Position numbers and translations under genes: made by a program. Below are positions 50,805 through 60,247 of a stretch of DNA of 64,000 nucleotides, piece after piece; the first letter of the stretch is position 1; the number at the start of each line of letters is the position of its first letter. Source of the stretch: Pseudomonadota bacterium (GTDB lineage: Bacteria > Desulfobacterota > Desulfobacteria > Desulfobacterales > JBDRRP01); NCBI GenBank assembly GCA_043825735.1, contig JBDRRP010000068.1:62001-126000 (forward strand). The letters are read 5' to 3'. A model generated the notes under the pieces. The model was not told where the DNA came from. It made no database searches and was given only the letters and a program-made list of their open reading frames with translations.

Positions 50805-52106
50805 CTACCCTTTGGGTCTTTCGTCGATGATCCGTTTGGCTTTACCCTCGCTGCGTTCGATGAGTTTGGGTTCAACCAATTGTACGCCCACACCGATACC
50901 CAGCATGCTATTGATGTGTGCGGAGATCTTTTTTTCGACAGCCGCGCAACGATCCGGTCCGGCGTCGTAGATTTCGCGCTTGGCTTCGACCCGGACGGTG
51001 AGATGGTCGAGATACCCCTTCTTCCGGACCACCAGGACATACTGGGGCTCCACTTCATCGCGGTCCAGCAGCAGTGACTCGATCTGGGAGGGGAAGACGT
51101 TCACGCCGCTGATGATGAGCATGTCGTCGGTGCGGCCGTAGATTTTTTCCATCTTGATCAGGGTCCGGCCGCAGGCGCACTTGTCCCTTCGCAGAGCGGT
51201 GATGTCTTTTGCCCTGTATCGGATCATGGGCATGGCGCGCCGCTGGAGTGACGTGAAAACCAACTCGCCCTTTTCTCCCATGGGCAACGGCTGAAATGTT
51301 TCAGGGTCTACCACTTCCGCCAGAAAATGATCCTCGTTGATGTGCATGCCGTCCTGGGCCTCGCAGTCGAAGGACACGCCGGGGCCGCCCAGTTCGGTGA
51401 GGCCGAAAGCCTCCGCGGCGCGAAGCCCCATGCGTTCTTCGATCTCTTTTCGCATGGCAACGGTCCAGGGCTCGGCACCGAAAATGCCGACGCGCAGGGG
51501 CAGTTTGCGGATGTCGACTCCCATTTCCTCGGCCTTTTCGGCGATGGTGAGCGCATAGGAGGGTGTGCAGCACAGGACTGTGGAGCCGAAGTCTTTCATC
51601 AGGGTGATCTGCCGCTCGGTCATGCCGCTGCTGGTGGGCACTACCGTGGCACCGACGCGAGTGGCTCCCTGGTGAAAGCCCAGGCCTCCGGTAAACAAGC
51701 CGTGACCGTAGGCGTTCTGGATGATATCGCCTTCACCGACACCGGCGGCGGCAAAGTTTCTGGCCATGCATTCCGTCCACTGGTTCAGGTCATCAGCGGT
51801 ATAGGGGCCCGTGATAGGCTTGCCGGTAGTGCCCGAAGAGGCATGAACCCGCTTGACCTCTTTCATGGGGACGGCGCAAAGGCCGAAGGGATAGTTGTCC
51901 CGGAGATCGGTTTTTTGGGTGGTGGGCAGCTTGGCCACATCATCGAGGCTTTTTATATCTGCGGCGCTAATCCCTTTTTCCTTGAGTTTTTTCTTATAGA
52001 ACGGCACCCGCGCTTCGACCCAGGCCACGGTTTCCTGGAGCATTTTCAGTTGAAAGGCCTGAAGCGCTTCGACAGGCATACATTCGTACTTTTCATCCCA
52101 CGGCAT
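50805..52106 (-). CDS. paaK: Phenylacetate--CoA ligase family protein
   Basis: DLRDNYPFG, HASSGTTGKP, GLFTGGLG, GAEPW and GRTDDMLII.GVNVFPSQIE motifs. Confidence 0.88.
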   Translation of the reverse strand: MPWDEKYECMPVEALQAFQLKMLQETVAWVEARVPFYKKKLKEKGISAADIKSLDDVAKLPTTQKTDLRDNYPFGLCAVPMKEVKRVHASSGTTGKPITGPYTADDLNQWTECMARNFAAAGVGEGDIIQNAYGHGLFTGGLGFHQGATRVGATVVPTSSGMTERQITLMKDFGSTVLCCTPSYALTIAEKAEEMGVDIRKLPLRVGIFGAEPWTVAMRKEIEERMGLRAAEAFGLTELGGPGVSFDCEAQDGMHINEDHFLAEVVDPETFQPLPMGEKGELVFTSLQRRAMPMIRYRAKDITALRRDKCACGRTLIKMEKIYGRTDDMLIISGVNVFPSQIESLLLDRDEVEPQYVLVVRKKGYLDHLTVRVEAKREIYDAGPDRCAAVEKKISAHINSMLGIGVGVQLVEPKLIERSEGKAKRIIDERPKG

Positions 52107-52179
52107 GGCTTCCCCTCCTTCGGTGTTAGTTTTTAGTCTCGGGGTTAAGATCATACATTTGTTTCGCCCGGAACCGTCG

Positions 52180-52773
52180 TCAGGCAGCCTGTGCCGCTTC
52201 GATGCCCAGGTCAAACGCCTTGAGGTTGATTTGGGCAAAAGAGGCCTTGGTTTTGGTGGCGATGGTCTCACGGACGCTCTCAGCGGTTACCGGCAGGGCC
52301 GCGACCTGGACCAGCGCTCCGAGCAGCACCATGTTCAGGCTAAGCACCGCACCGGCCTGGCGGGCCAGGGCAATGGCGTCAAAGGCGACCAGCCGGGCCG
52401 TTTTGGCCGCGATCAGGGCGCAGGTTTTTTCCTGGTCAGGATAGACCCCGCGGCCAATGTTCACGGTAAATGGCGGCAGTGGGCTGGTGTTGGTCACCAC
52501 CACGGTCCTGGGGTTGCACTTGTTTAGGGCGCGCAGGGTCTCGCAGGGCTCGAATCCCAGCAGCAGGTCGGCTTCGCCGTCAGAAATGATGGTGCTTTTG
52601 GCGTCGCCGAATACCAGGGCCGACTCCACCACACCGCCGCGCTGGGCCATGCCGTGGATTTCACTCATGGCCATGGGAATCCCCGAGGCCAGCGCCGCTT
52701 CACCCAGCACCTTGGAGGCCAGAAGGTTGCCCTGGCCGCCCACGGCCACCATGATCAGTCTTGTCGTTTTCAT
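52180..52773 (-). CDS. iorB: Indolepyruvate/arylpyruvate:ferredoxin oxidoreductase beta subunit
   Basis: VGGQG, SEIHGMAQRGG and NMVLLGA motifs. Confidence 0.93.
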   Translation of the reverse strand: MKTTRLIMVAVGGQGNLLASKVLGEAALASGIPMAMSEIHGMAQRGGVVESALVFGDAKSTIISDGEADLLLGFEPCETLRALNKCNPRTVVVTNTSPLPPFTVNIGRGVYPDQEKTCALIAAKTARLVAFDAIALARQAGAVLSLNMVLLGALVQVAALPVTAESVRETIATKTKASFAQINLKAFDLGIEAAQAA

Positions 52774-52816
52774 ATTTTTCCCTTTGGCGTTTGATTCAGC
52801 CCATTGGTTGCGAATG

Positions 52817-52895
52817 TGTAGGGGAGGGGTTCATCCCCTCCCGAAACGGTTTAAGGGTTCCGGGAAACGGGCGGGGATAAACCCCGCACCCTACA
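52817..52895. repeat. REP doublet (REPIN-like, GTAG class)
   Basis: tGTAGgggaggggttcatcccctcccg ... cgggcggggataaaccccgcaccCTACa. Confidence 0.75.
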
Positions 52896-52988
52896 AAAAC
52901 CGTGGATTGCCCGGCACCAGGCTTCGTTGCAGTTTTCCTGCGGCCAGCAATCGTTGACCGCGGTCTGCCGCTGCCGGCCAGCTGTCAA

Positions 52989-54836
52989 TTATTTCGCCGG
53001 CACAATGGCATTCTCCGGGCAGATCTGGGCGCAGACAGCGCACCCCGTGCACTGGTCGGCGTTGATGCGCACCCGGTCGCCGTCCAGGTAAAAGGCCGGA
53101 CAGCCCAGCCGGTCGATGCAGTCGCGATGGTTTTTACAACGATCGCTTACGGAAAAAGGTTTTCCTTTCAGTTGTTTCAGGCTTTTGGCGTAGAGGGTGC
53201 ACATCTCCTGGCTGATCACCACCGAAACCCCTTTGTAGGCAAAAGCCTCGCGCATGGCCTCGATGCTTTTTTTCACTTTGAAGGGGCGAATCACCGTAAT
53301 GTGTTCCACCCCCAGCGCCCGCACCACCGCCTCGATGGAAATCCGGCCGAAGTCACTGAGTCCCAAGGCCGCCATGTCCACTCCGGGGTGGGGCTGGTGG
53401 CCGGTCATGGCCGTGGTCCCGTTTTCCAGGATCACCAGGGTGAGGTTGTGGTTGTTGAACACCGCGTTGACCAGGCCGGCGATTCCCGAATGAAAGAAGG
53501 TCGAATCGCCGATAAAGCTGATCACCTTTTTGTCCGTGGCCCGGGAAAACCCGCACCCGGTTCCCACCGAAGATCCCATGCACACGAGAAAATCGCCCAT
53601 GGACAGGGGCGGTAAAAAACCCAGGGTGTAGCAGCCGATGTCCGTGGGATACATCGCATCCATCCCCTCGGCCGCCTGGCGCACCGCATAGAAGGTGGCC
53701 CGATGGCTGCAGCCCGCGCACAGGTTCGGTGGTCGCTGGGGCAGCTCGGGAAGATCCGACAGGTCCAGCCCTGTCGGCGCCTCGGTTGGAACCCCGAAAT
53801 ACCCGCTCAGAACCCGGCGCACCAGGGCCGGATCAAATTCGTTGCGCCGGGAAAAAAGCCCCTCACCCTTGCCGCGGATGGGGACTGTGAGCCCGACTGT
53901 TTGGGCGATGGACCGCACCGCTTCTTCCATGACCGGCTCGCCCTCTTCGACCACCAGCACGCGCTCGCAGCCGGCCACGAAATCGCCGATCATTTTCTCG
54001 GGCAGGGGGTTGGAAAAGCCGATGCGCAGCACCCGCACCCGGTCGGACAGACCCAGATCGGAAATGGCGTCGGACACGTAGCCGTAGCTGACCCCGTTGC
54101 AGATCACCCCCCAGCGCCCCTGGCCCTGGGTGAAATTAAACGGGCTTTTCTCCGAGTCGGCCGCGGCTTTTGCCAGATTCTCCAGCAGCACCACGTGCCG
54201 GCGCCGGGCCACCGCCGGCACCATGACCATGTTGAACGGGTCCCGGACAAAGTCGCCGGCCGTTTTTGGCGGGGTCATGGCCCCCAGGGTCACCGTTGCC
54301 GTGGAATGGTTGATCCGCGTGGTGGTGCGCAAAAGCACCGGCTCGCGCAAAGACTCGCTCAGGGCAAAGGCCGCAGCCGTCATCTCCTTGGCTTCGGCCA
54401 CCGAGGAGGGCTCGAGCATCGGAAGACCCGAAAGTTTGGCGTAATAGCGGTTGTCCTGCTCGTTCTGGCTGGAAAACATGGACGGGTCGTCGGCCGTCAG
54501 GATCACCAGTCCGCCGCGAACCCCTACGTAGGCCAGGGTCATCAGGGCGTCGGCCGCCACATTGAGCCCCACGTGCTTCATCAGGCAGATGGTTCGAAGG
54601 CCGCTGTTGGCCGCTGCTGCGGCCACCTCCAGAGCGACCTTCTCGTTGGTGCTGTATTCGAAATACAGATCGCTCTCGTGAGAAACCTGAAACAGGTTAA
54701 GCGATATCTCCGAAGACGGGGTCCCGGGATAGGTGGCGCCAAAGGCCACCCCGGCCTCGATGGCCCCGCGAGCGATGGCTTCATTGCCCAGCAGCAGCAT
54801 CTTTTCTCCCGGAATGTCGGTCAGTAATTTGTGCAT
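52989..54836 (-). CDS. iorA: Indolepyruvate/arylpyruvate:ferredoxin oxidoreductase alpha subunit
   Basis: GNEAIARGA, YPGTPSSE, NEKVA, KHVGLNVA, SSQNEQD, CAGCSH, DIGCY, GDSTF.H and a C-terminal ferredoxin motif. Confidence 0.95.
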   Translation of the reverse strand: MHKLLTDIPGEKMLLLGNEAIARGAIEAGVAFGATYPGTPSSEISLNLFQVSHESDLYFEYSTNEKVALEVAAAAANSGLRTICLMKHVGLNVAADALMTLAYVGVRGGLVILTADDPSMFSSQNEQDNRYYAKLSGLPMLEPSSVAEAKEMTAAAFALSESLREPVLLRTTTRINHSTATVTLGAMTPPKTAGDFVRDPFNMVMVPAVARRRHVVLLENLAKAAADSEKSPFNFTQGQGRWGVICNGVSYGYVSDAISDLGLSDRVRVLRIGFSNPLPEKMIGDFVAGCERVLVVEEGEPVMEEAVRSIAQTVGLTVPIRGKGEGLFSRRNEFDPALVRRVLSGYFGVPTEAPTGLDLSDLPELPQRPPNLCAGCSHRATFYAVRQAAEGMDAMYPTDIGCYTLGFLPPLSMGDFLVCMGSSVGTGCGFSRATDKKVISFIGDSTFFHSGIAGLVNAVFNNHNLTLVILENGTTAMTGHQPHPGVDMAALGLSDFGRISIEAVVRALGVEHITVIRPFKVKKSIEAMREAFAYKGVSVVISQEMCTLYAKSLKQLKGKPFSVSDRCKNHRDCIDRLGCPAFYLDGDRVRINADQCTGCAVCAQICPENAIVPAK

Positions 54837-54897
54837 GGTTGATATTCCTTATGTGGTTATTCGTGAAACAAAACTTAAGCTCGGCCCGAAGCGAAGC

Positions 54898-55110
54898 TTA
54901 TTCGAGCGTGCGCGTATAAATGGTAGCGTACTTATCCGGCGCCGCTTTCATGCATTGGCTGCACCCGGGTTCGGTGGCCGGGTCAAACGGCTCCAGGCGG
55001 ACTTCCATGCCCATTTCCCGGTACATTTCGACGATTTCCGACAAGCGGGGTTCGTCGTAGGTGATCTGACGTTGCCATCCCAGGGCGGTCAGTTCATCAT
55101 GCCTTGTCAT
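54898..55110 (-). CDS. Small hypothetical protein with CxxC
   Basis: 70-aa ORF with a gagg SD, co-oriented within the operon; GW.RQ..EPRLSE..E.Y, CSQC, IYTR. Confidence 0.7.
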   Translation of the reverse strand: MTRHDELTALGWQRQITYDEPRLSEIVEMYREMGMEVRLEPFDPATEPGCSQCMKAAPDKYATIYTRTLE

Positions 55111-55140
55111 GGCGACCTCTTCCCGTGGCCGGCCGGCCTG

Positions 55141-57180
55141 TTAACGGCCTTTGTAATCCGGCCTTTTGCGCCCCATGGATGAAAGTCCTTCCAGGGCATC
55201 CTCGGTGGCGAAAATTTCACTGAGCCGACCCAGCTCGATCTCTGCCGCGTCGGCAACGGTCCGGCCAACCTGGGCGTCGATGATCTCGTTGGACAGTCGA
55301 AGGGCCAGCGGCGCCTTGAAGCTGAAAACCTTGGCTGTGCGGGCGGCCAGGGTTTCGTCCACCCCTTCGGGCGAAAGACCTTCCAACAGACGGCTTACAT
55401 TTGCGGCACTGCATGCCTGGGCAAATGCCTTCATCTTTTCGGGGATCTCGCGCTGGCGGTTCTTGTCGGGCTTTCCCTGACCGGCCAGCGCGTCGATGGC
55501 CGCGGTGATCTCGGCCGGTTGCACCAGCCGGGTGACGATTCCCATGGACAGGGCGTCGGCCGCGCTGATGGACGCGCCGGTAAAGGTGAAATACTTGGTT
55601 AGCTGCGGGCCGACCTGCAGGGCCATGCGCAGCATGCCGCCCAGGCCGGGGTAGATGCCGATGCCCGTTTCAGGAAAGGCCATGGATCCGGCCGGAGTCG
55701 CCACGATGGCCTGGCAGGCCAGGGCCAGTTCGCTGCCGCCGCCCAGAGACAGGCCGTCCAGCAGGGCGATGGTGAGTTTGGCACTGTTCTCGATGCGCAT
55801 GAACAGCTGGTGGCCGGCGCGGGTGAAATCGACGATTTCCTGAATTTTTCCGGCGCGGATCTTCTGGATGAAGTACCGGATGTCGGCACCCGCCACGAAG
55901 GCCTTGCCCGCCCCCTGAAAGACCACGGCCCGGACCGTCGGGTCGGCTTCGGCTTCTGAGAACCGCTGGTCCAACTGGGAGAATACCGCCTCGTTGAGGG
56001 CGTTCATGGCCTCGGGGCGGTTGATGGTGATCCAGGCGACGGCGTTTTTGATCTCCAGGTCCACCACGTTGAAGGCAAAGGGGACGCCTTTGGCCTTCTG
56101 AGTCTCCAGCAGGCCGGGCATGGCGAAATCCGGATAGCGTTCGCTGACGGCCTTTACACAGGCGTAGGTTTTTTCGATGCCGATGCGGTTCATGATTTCA
56201 AAAGGGCCGAGACTCCATCTCAGACCGATCTTGGCCCCCCGGTCGGTATCCTCGATGGTGGCGACTTTTTCGTCTACCAGGGCCGCTGCCACCCCGAGAC
56301 AGACGCCGTAGAAACGGTCCATGATGGGTTCCAGTTTCGATTCGTCCACCGCGCCGTCCAGGTTCCAGAGTTCTTTTGACGCCACTTGCTCCCTGAGGCG
56401 GTCGGCCGGCGCGTAGAAGGCCCCCAGTTCGTTTCCCAGGGTGGTGGCCGCATGCAGGGCGATGGGGATGCCGGTGACGTTCATGAGCTCAAATGCCCCC
56501 ATGCCGATTTTAAAGGCGCGTTTGCTCGCCTCTTCGATGGTGGCGATGTTGGCCACGTCTTCTTCCAGCATGCGGGCGGCCTCGTTCAAAAAGGGGACAA
56601 AAAAACGGTTGACGGCGAAACCGGGAGCATCTTTGACGAGGATGGCCGTCTTGCCGTGGAGTTTGGCTGCCAAAAGCGCCTTCTCCACAGTCTCGGCACT
56701 GGTGGTGCCGTGGGGGATGACCTCCAGCAAGCGGTTTTTTGCCGGGTGGAAGAAGTAATGGTATCCCACGAAGCGATCCGGGCGTTGGGTTTGGGCCGCA
56801 AATTCACCCACGTAAAAGCTGCTGGTGTTGGTGGCCAGGATGGTGTCGGGGTTGCATATGGCATCGAGGCGCTTGAACAGGTCGGATTTGACCGCTTTGT
56901 CCTCGAATACCGCCTCGATCACCAGGTCGGCGTCCCGGACAGCTTCCAGGTCCGTTGTGGCCGTAATGCGCGAAAGGATCTCTTTCACCTGGCTTGCAGT
57001 GAAGATTTTTCGCTCGACGGCTTCGTTGAGCAGTTTGCCGATGGTGGACATCCCCCGCTGAACGAACTCATCCTTTGTGTCGATCATCACCACCGGGATG
57101 CCCTCCTGGGCGATTTTCTGCACAATGCCGCTTCCCATGTTGCCGGCGCCGATAACGCCGATTTTGTTGATCTGAGGCAT
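55141..57180 (-). CDS. 3-hydroxyacyl-CoA dehydrogenase / enoyl-CoA hydratase fusion
   Basis: GAGNMG, EAVFE, TNTSS, HYFFHP, PGFAVNR, then a crotonase domain (AFVAGADI, LGGGSELA, PETGIG). Confidence 0.92.
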   Translation of the reverse strand: MPQINKIGVIGAGNMGSGIVQKIAQEGIPVVMIDTKDEFVQRGMSTIGKLLNEAVERKIFTASQVKEILSRITATTDLEAVRDADLVIEAVFEDKAVKSDLFKRLDAICNPDTILATNTSSFYVGEFAAQTQRPDRFVGYHYFFHPAKNRLLEVIPHGTTSAETVEKALLAAKLHGKTAILVKDAPGFAVNRFFVPFLNEAARMLEEDVANIATIEEASKRAFKIGMGAFELMNVTGIPIALHAATTLGNELGAFYAPADRLREQVASKELWNLDGAVDESKLEPIMDRFYGVCLGVAAALVDEKVATIEDTDRGAKIGLRWSLGPFEIMNRIGIEKTYACVKAVSERYPDFAMPGLLETQKAKGVPFAFNVVDLEIKNAVAWITINRPEAMNALNEAVFSQLDQRFSEAEADPTVRAVVFQGAGKAFVAGADIRYFIQKIRAGKIQEIVDFTRAGHQLFMRIENSAKLTIALLDGLSLGGGSELALACQAIVATPAGSMAFPETGIGIYPGLGGMLRMALQVGPQLTKYFTFTGASISAADALSMGIVTRLVQPAEITAAIDALAGQGKPDKNRQREIPEKMKAFAQACSAANVSRLLEGLSPEGVDETLAARTAKVFSFKAPLALRLSNEIIDAQVGRTVADAAEIELGRLSEIFATEDALEGLSSMGRKRPDYKGR

Positions 57181-57206
57181 GCTCTCTTTCTCCTTCCCAC
57201 CAAAAC

Positions 57207-57322
57207 TGATGGCTGTGTAAAAAGTCGGAATCTCTCGCAAAGCTAACGATTTGACATGAAAACTGTTTCTCTTGGCGTACTTGGCGCCTTTGCGAGAAAA
57301 TTGCTTTTTTACGAGTTTGTCA
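57207..57322. repeat. Composite palindromic intergenic element
   Basis: Outer IR tgatggctgtgtaaaaag / ttttttacgagtttgtca encloses tctcgcaaag ... cttggcgtacttggcgcctttgcgaga. Confidence 0.6.
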
Positions 57323-57372
57323 AAGCTGTGGTGAACCGGGCCGATCCGACAGATCCGACCGACAAACCGCGT

Positions 57373-58143
57373 TTATTTGTTCTTCCAGACCGGCCGGCGC
57401 TTTTCCTCGAAACTGGCGATTCCTTCCAGCACGTCTTCGGTTTTCATCAGCGTGTTGAGGAAATAGTCGCTGACCCGTGCCACGGCCTGATCCGGGGCAA
57501 GGCCCAGGTGGTTTCGAACGGCACGTTTGTTGAGCCGAATAATCAGGGGGCTGCAGGTTTGAATCTCCTTGACGAACCGATCCACGAATTCGGTGAAGTC
57601 GGCTTCCGGAGTCACGTGGGCGACAAATCCCATGGACTGAGCCTCGGATGCGCGATAAATCCTGCCGGTGGTGCAGATTTCGATGGCCTTGGCCTGTCCG
57701 ACCAGCGCTGGCAGGCGGATAGCCGCATAGGGTGGAAAGAAACCGAGCTTGATTTCGGGCTGGCCGAATTTGGCCTTGTCCGAGGCGATGATGGTGTCGC
57801 AGGCGATGGCCGCTTCCATGCCGCCGCCGAGACAGGCGCCCTGAACCGCCGCAATGGTGGGCACCGGCATGGATTCGATGCATGCCAGCATGCGATTGAA
57901 GGTGGTGATCATGTCCGAGACCAGCGCGGGCTTGTGGTCTGCGACCTCCACCCCGGCACACCAGCTCGGGCCATCGGCCAGAAAGACCACGCATTTCAGA
58001 TCGTTGTCGGCGGCCAGCGCCTCCAGGGCGCCGCTCACCTCGTTCATCATGGCAATGTCGAGCACGTTGTGCTTGGGCCGCGCGAAGGTAATGCGCGCGA
58101 CACCGTCCGCCTTTTCAAGCCGGATAAATTGCATGTCAGCCAT
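57373..58143 (-). CDS. dch: Cyclohexa-1,5-diene-1-carbonyl-CoA hydratase (Dch/BamR/BzdW-like)
   Basis: Crotonase fold with NVLD, AGVEVADH, CLGGGME and GQPEIKLGFFPP; clustered with had and oah. Confidence 0.8.
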   Translation of the reverse strand: MADMQFIRLEKADGVARITFARPKHNVLDIAMMNEVSGALEALAADNDLKCVVFLADGPSWCAGVEVADHKPALVSDMITTFNRMLACIESMPVPTIAAVQGACLGGGMEAAIACDTIIASDKAKFGQPEIKLGFFPPYAAIRLPALVGQAKAIEICTTGRIYRASEAQSMGFVAHVTPEADFTEFVDRFVKEIQTCSPLIIRLNKRAVRNHLGLAPDQAVARVSDYFLNTLMKTEDVLEGIASFEEKRRPVWKNK

Positions 58144-58281
58144 TGAAAAACTCCTTAATATTCAATTTTCGAATTGCCAGGATCGCCGAATTCCAAATCC
58201 GGCGTCAGCTTCGGTCGATTCATCGCCCGCTCAATCCGTCAATTCGCCAATCAACAATCAACAACCGCCAATCGCCAATCC

Positions 58282-59031
58282 CTAAATGTACTGTCCCCCG
58301 TCCACCTTGATCACTTCGCCGGTGATATGACGGGCCTTGTCCGATGCGAGAAAGGCGATGACGTTGGCCAGGTCTTCCGGTTGCCCAAGCCGCTTCAGGG
58401 CCATCTCCCCCATGGCCAGGTCCACGATTTTGTCCCGAGCCTCGGATCCCTTGAGCATGGCGGTTTCGATGAGGCCGGGCGCCACGGCATTGACATTGAC
58501 ATTAAAGGCCCCGAGCTCCTTGGCCAGAGCCTTTGTAAATCCGACGATACCGGCTTTGGAGGCGGAGTAATTGGTCTGCCCGAACTTTCCGCGCAGGCCG
58601 TTGATGGAGGTGATGTTAATGATCTTGCCGTATTTTTGCTCTTTGAAGATGGGGGCTGCCTGGCGGGTGAAGTTGAAATACCCCTTCAGATTGACGGTTA
58701 TGACACGATCCCACTGTTCTTCGGTCATTTTCCAGGAAACGCCGTCCCAGTTCATGCCGGCATTGTTGACCAGAATGTGCAGGCCGCCGAGTTTTTCCAC
58801 GGCCTGTCGCACCACGGCTTCGGCCTCGGCAAAAACGGCGATGTCGCATCGCAGCGCAAGGGCTCGCCGGCCCAGGGCTTCAATCTCCTTAACGTAGGCC
58901 AGGGCTTCGGCTTCGTGGCTGCGATAGGTCACGCAGACATCGGCCCCCTCTCTGGCCAGTTCCAGTGCTGCGGCTGCACCGATTCCCTGTGAGCCGCCGG
59001 TGACTAAAGCGATTTTTCCTTCCAGCATCAT
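58282..59031 (-). CDS. Short-chain dehydrogenase (FabG/BzdZ-like)
   Basis: TGGSQGIG, NNAG, SING.RGKFGQTNYSASK motifs. Confidence 0.88.
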   Translation of the reverse strand: MMLEGKIALVTGGSQGIGAAAALELAREGADVCVTYRSHEAEALAYVKEIEALGRRALALRCDIAVFAEAEAVVRQAVEKLGGLHILVNNAGMNWDGVSWKMTEEQWDRVITVNLKGYFNFTRQAAPIFKEQKYGKIINITSINGLRGKFGQTNYSASKAGIVGFTKALAKELGAFNVNVNAVAPGLIETAMLKGSEARDKIVDLAMGEMALKRLGQPEDLANVIAFLASDKARHITGEVIKVDGGQYI

Positions 59032-59122
59032 ATGGCCTCCAAAACGATGAGATGAGTGTTCTTTATTGGGTGGTGATACCGTGCGTGGTGAATGCCGTTT
59101 ACTGATTAGGCGCCCTCGAATA

Positions 59123-59154
59123 AGCTACATTTCAGCTACAATTTAATTAGTCAA
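59123..59154 (-). promoter_or_regulatory. Promoter of the SDR-dch operon with palindromic operator(s)
   Basis: TTGACT on the minus strand at 59149-59154; AGCTACATTTCAGCT at 59123-59137 overlapping AGCTACAATTTAATT at 59134-59148. Confidence 0.6.
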
Positions 59155-59210
59155 GGGAAAAGTATTTCCCGGTAGAAATCGGGTCCTTCCATAAAATCGC
59201 TGCGACACAG

Positions 59211-60011
59211 TCATGATCCGGAACGCGCGTATTGACCCCTTGCGGCCGTTGGGGTCGCAGGGAAGTAGCCCATATAACGAGAAATTTCCCCGGCGGCGTT
59301 GCGAAGCTGGTGAACGATGTCCTCATGCTCAGCGCCCAGAACCGCATCGGGCGAACCGGTGAGACTGATGGCTGCGGCCAGCCGCCCCTTGCCGGTGAAA
59401 ATGGCTGCGGCCACGCTGGCATACCCCAGGGCCAGCTCCTGGTTGTTGACGGCAAACCCTTGAAGGAGGGTGCGCTCCAGGCACCGCTCGATTTCTTTCT
59501 TGTCCACGATGGTGTAGGGGGTGAAGCGGACCGGCGACAGACTCTCAAGGTAACTGTTTCGGGATTCGAGATCCAGGTATGCCAGAAGGACCCGCCCCAC
59601 TGCGGAACAATAGGCAACGACCCGCGGCCCGATCTGCCGGGACAGCATTTGAGCGTGCCTTGGCGTGACATTGAGGGTGACCAGGGCCGCATCTCCGTCC
59701 CAGATGGCCACCCGGCAGATGAACCCGGTGCTGGCCGCCAGATGATGGGCCGGGCTTTCGGCTTTCTGGTTGATTTCCAGCGTGCCGCTCATGATGGTTC
59801 CCAAGGCGAAAATGCTGTGCCCGAGGTTGTATTTCCGTGTTTCCGGATCCTGTTTGAGAAATCCGCTGCGGACCAGGGTATGAACGAGGTTGTGAACGGT
59901 TCCCTTGGCCAGCCCCATGGCTGCGGCCATTTCGGTGATTCCCAATCGAGGGTGGGAATGGGAAAACAGGGAAAGGATGCCCAGGGCGCGATCGACGGAT
60001 TGAATTAGCAT
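59211..60011 (-). CDS. IclR family transcriptional regulator
   Basis: IQSVDRAL.IL, GLAKGTVHNL, CSAVGRVLLA and QELALG motifs. Confidence 0.93.
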   Translation of the reverse strand: MLIQSVDRALGILSLFSHSHPRLGITEMAAAMGLAKGTVHNLVHTLVRSGFLKQDPETRKYNLGHSIFALGTIMSGTLEINQKAESPAHHLAASTGFICRVAIWDGDAALVTLNVTPRHAQMLSRQIGPRVVAYCSAVGRVLLAYLDLESRNSYLESLSPVRFTPYTIVDKKEIERCLERTLLQGFAVNNQELALGYASVAAAIFTGKGRLAAAISLTGSPDAVLGAEHEDIVHQLRNAAGEISRYMGYFPATPTAARGQYARSGS

Positions 60012-60247
60012 ATTGACCGATGTTCCATAATGTGGAATTAAGTTCATCAAAGCTACCCTGAACCCCCATTCGTGTCAACGGGATTTTGAAGTCGACGGGT
60101 ATCTGGTCCATCGCCGGTAGGTTTTCCCGTGGTGAAAATCGGTCGTTTTCGGGACCCTCACCATCCGGTCGAAACGCCGGGGTGGAATTCACTTTTCGCT
60201 CATACCGGCCAAGGGTTGGTGCCATTTCCATGGTTGGGAAAAAGGTC

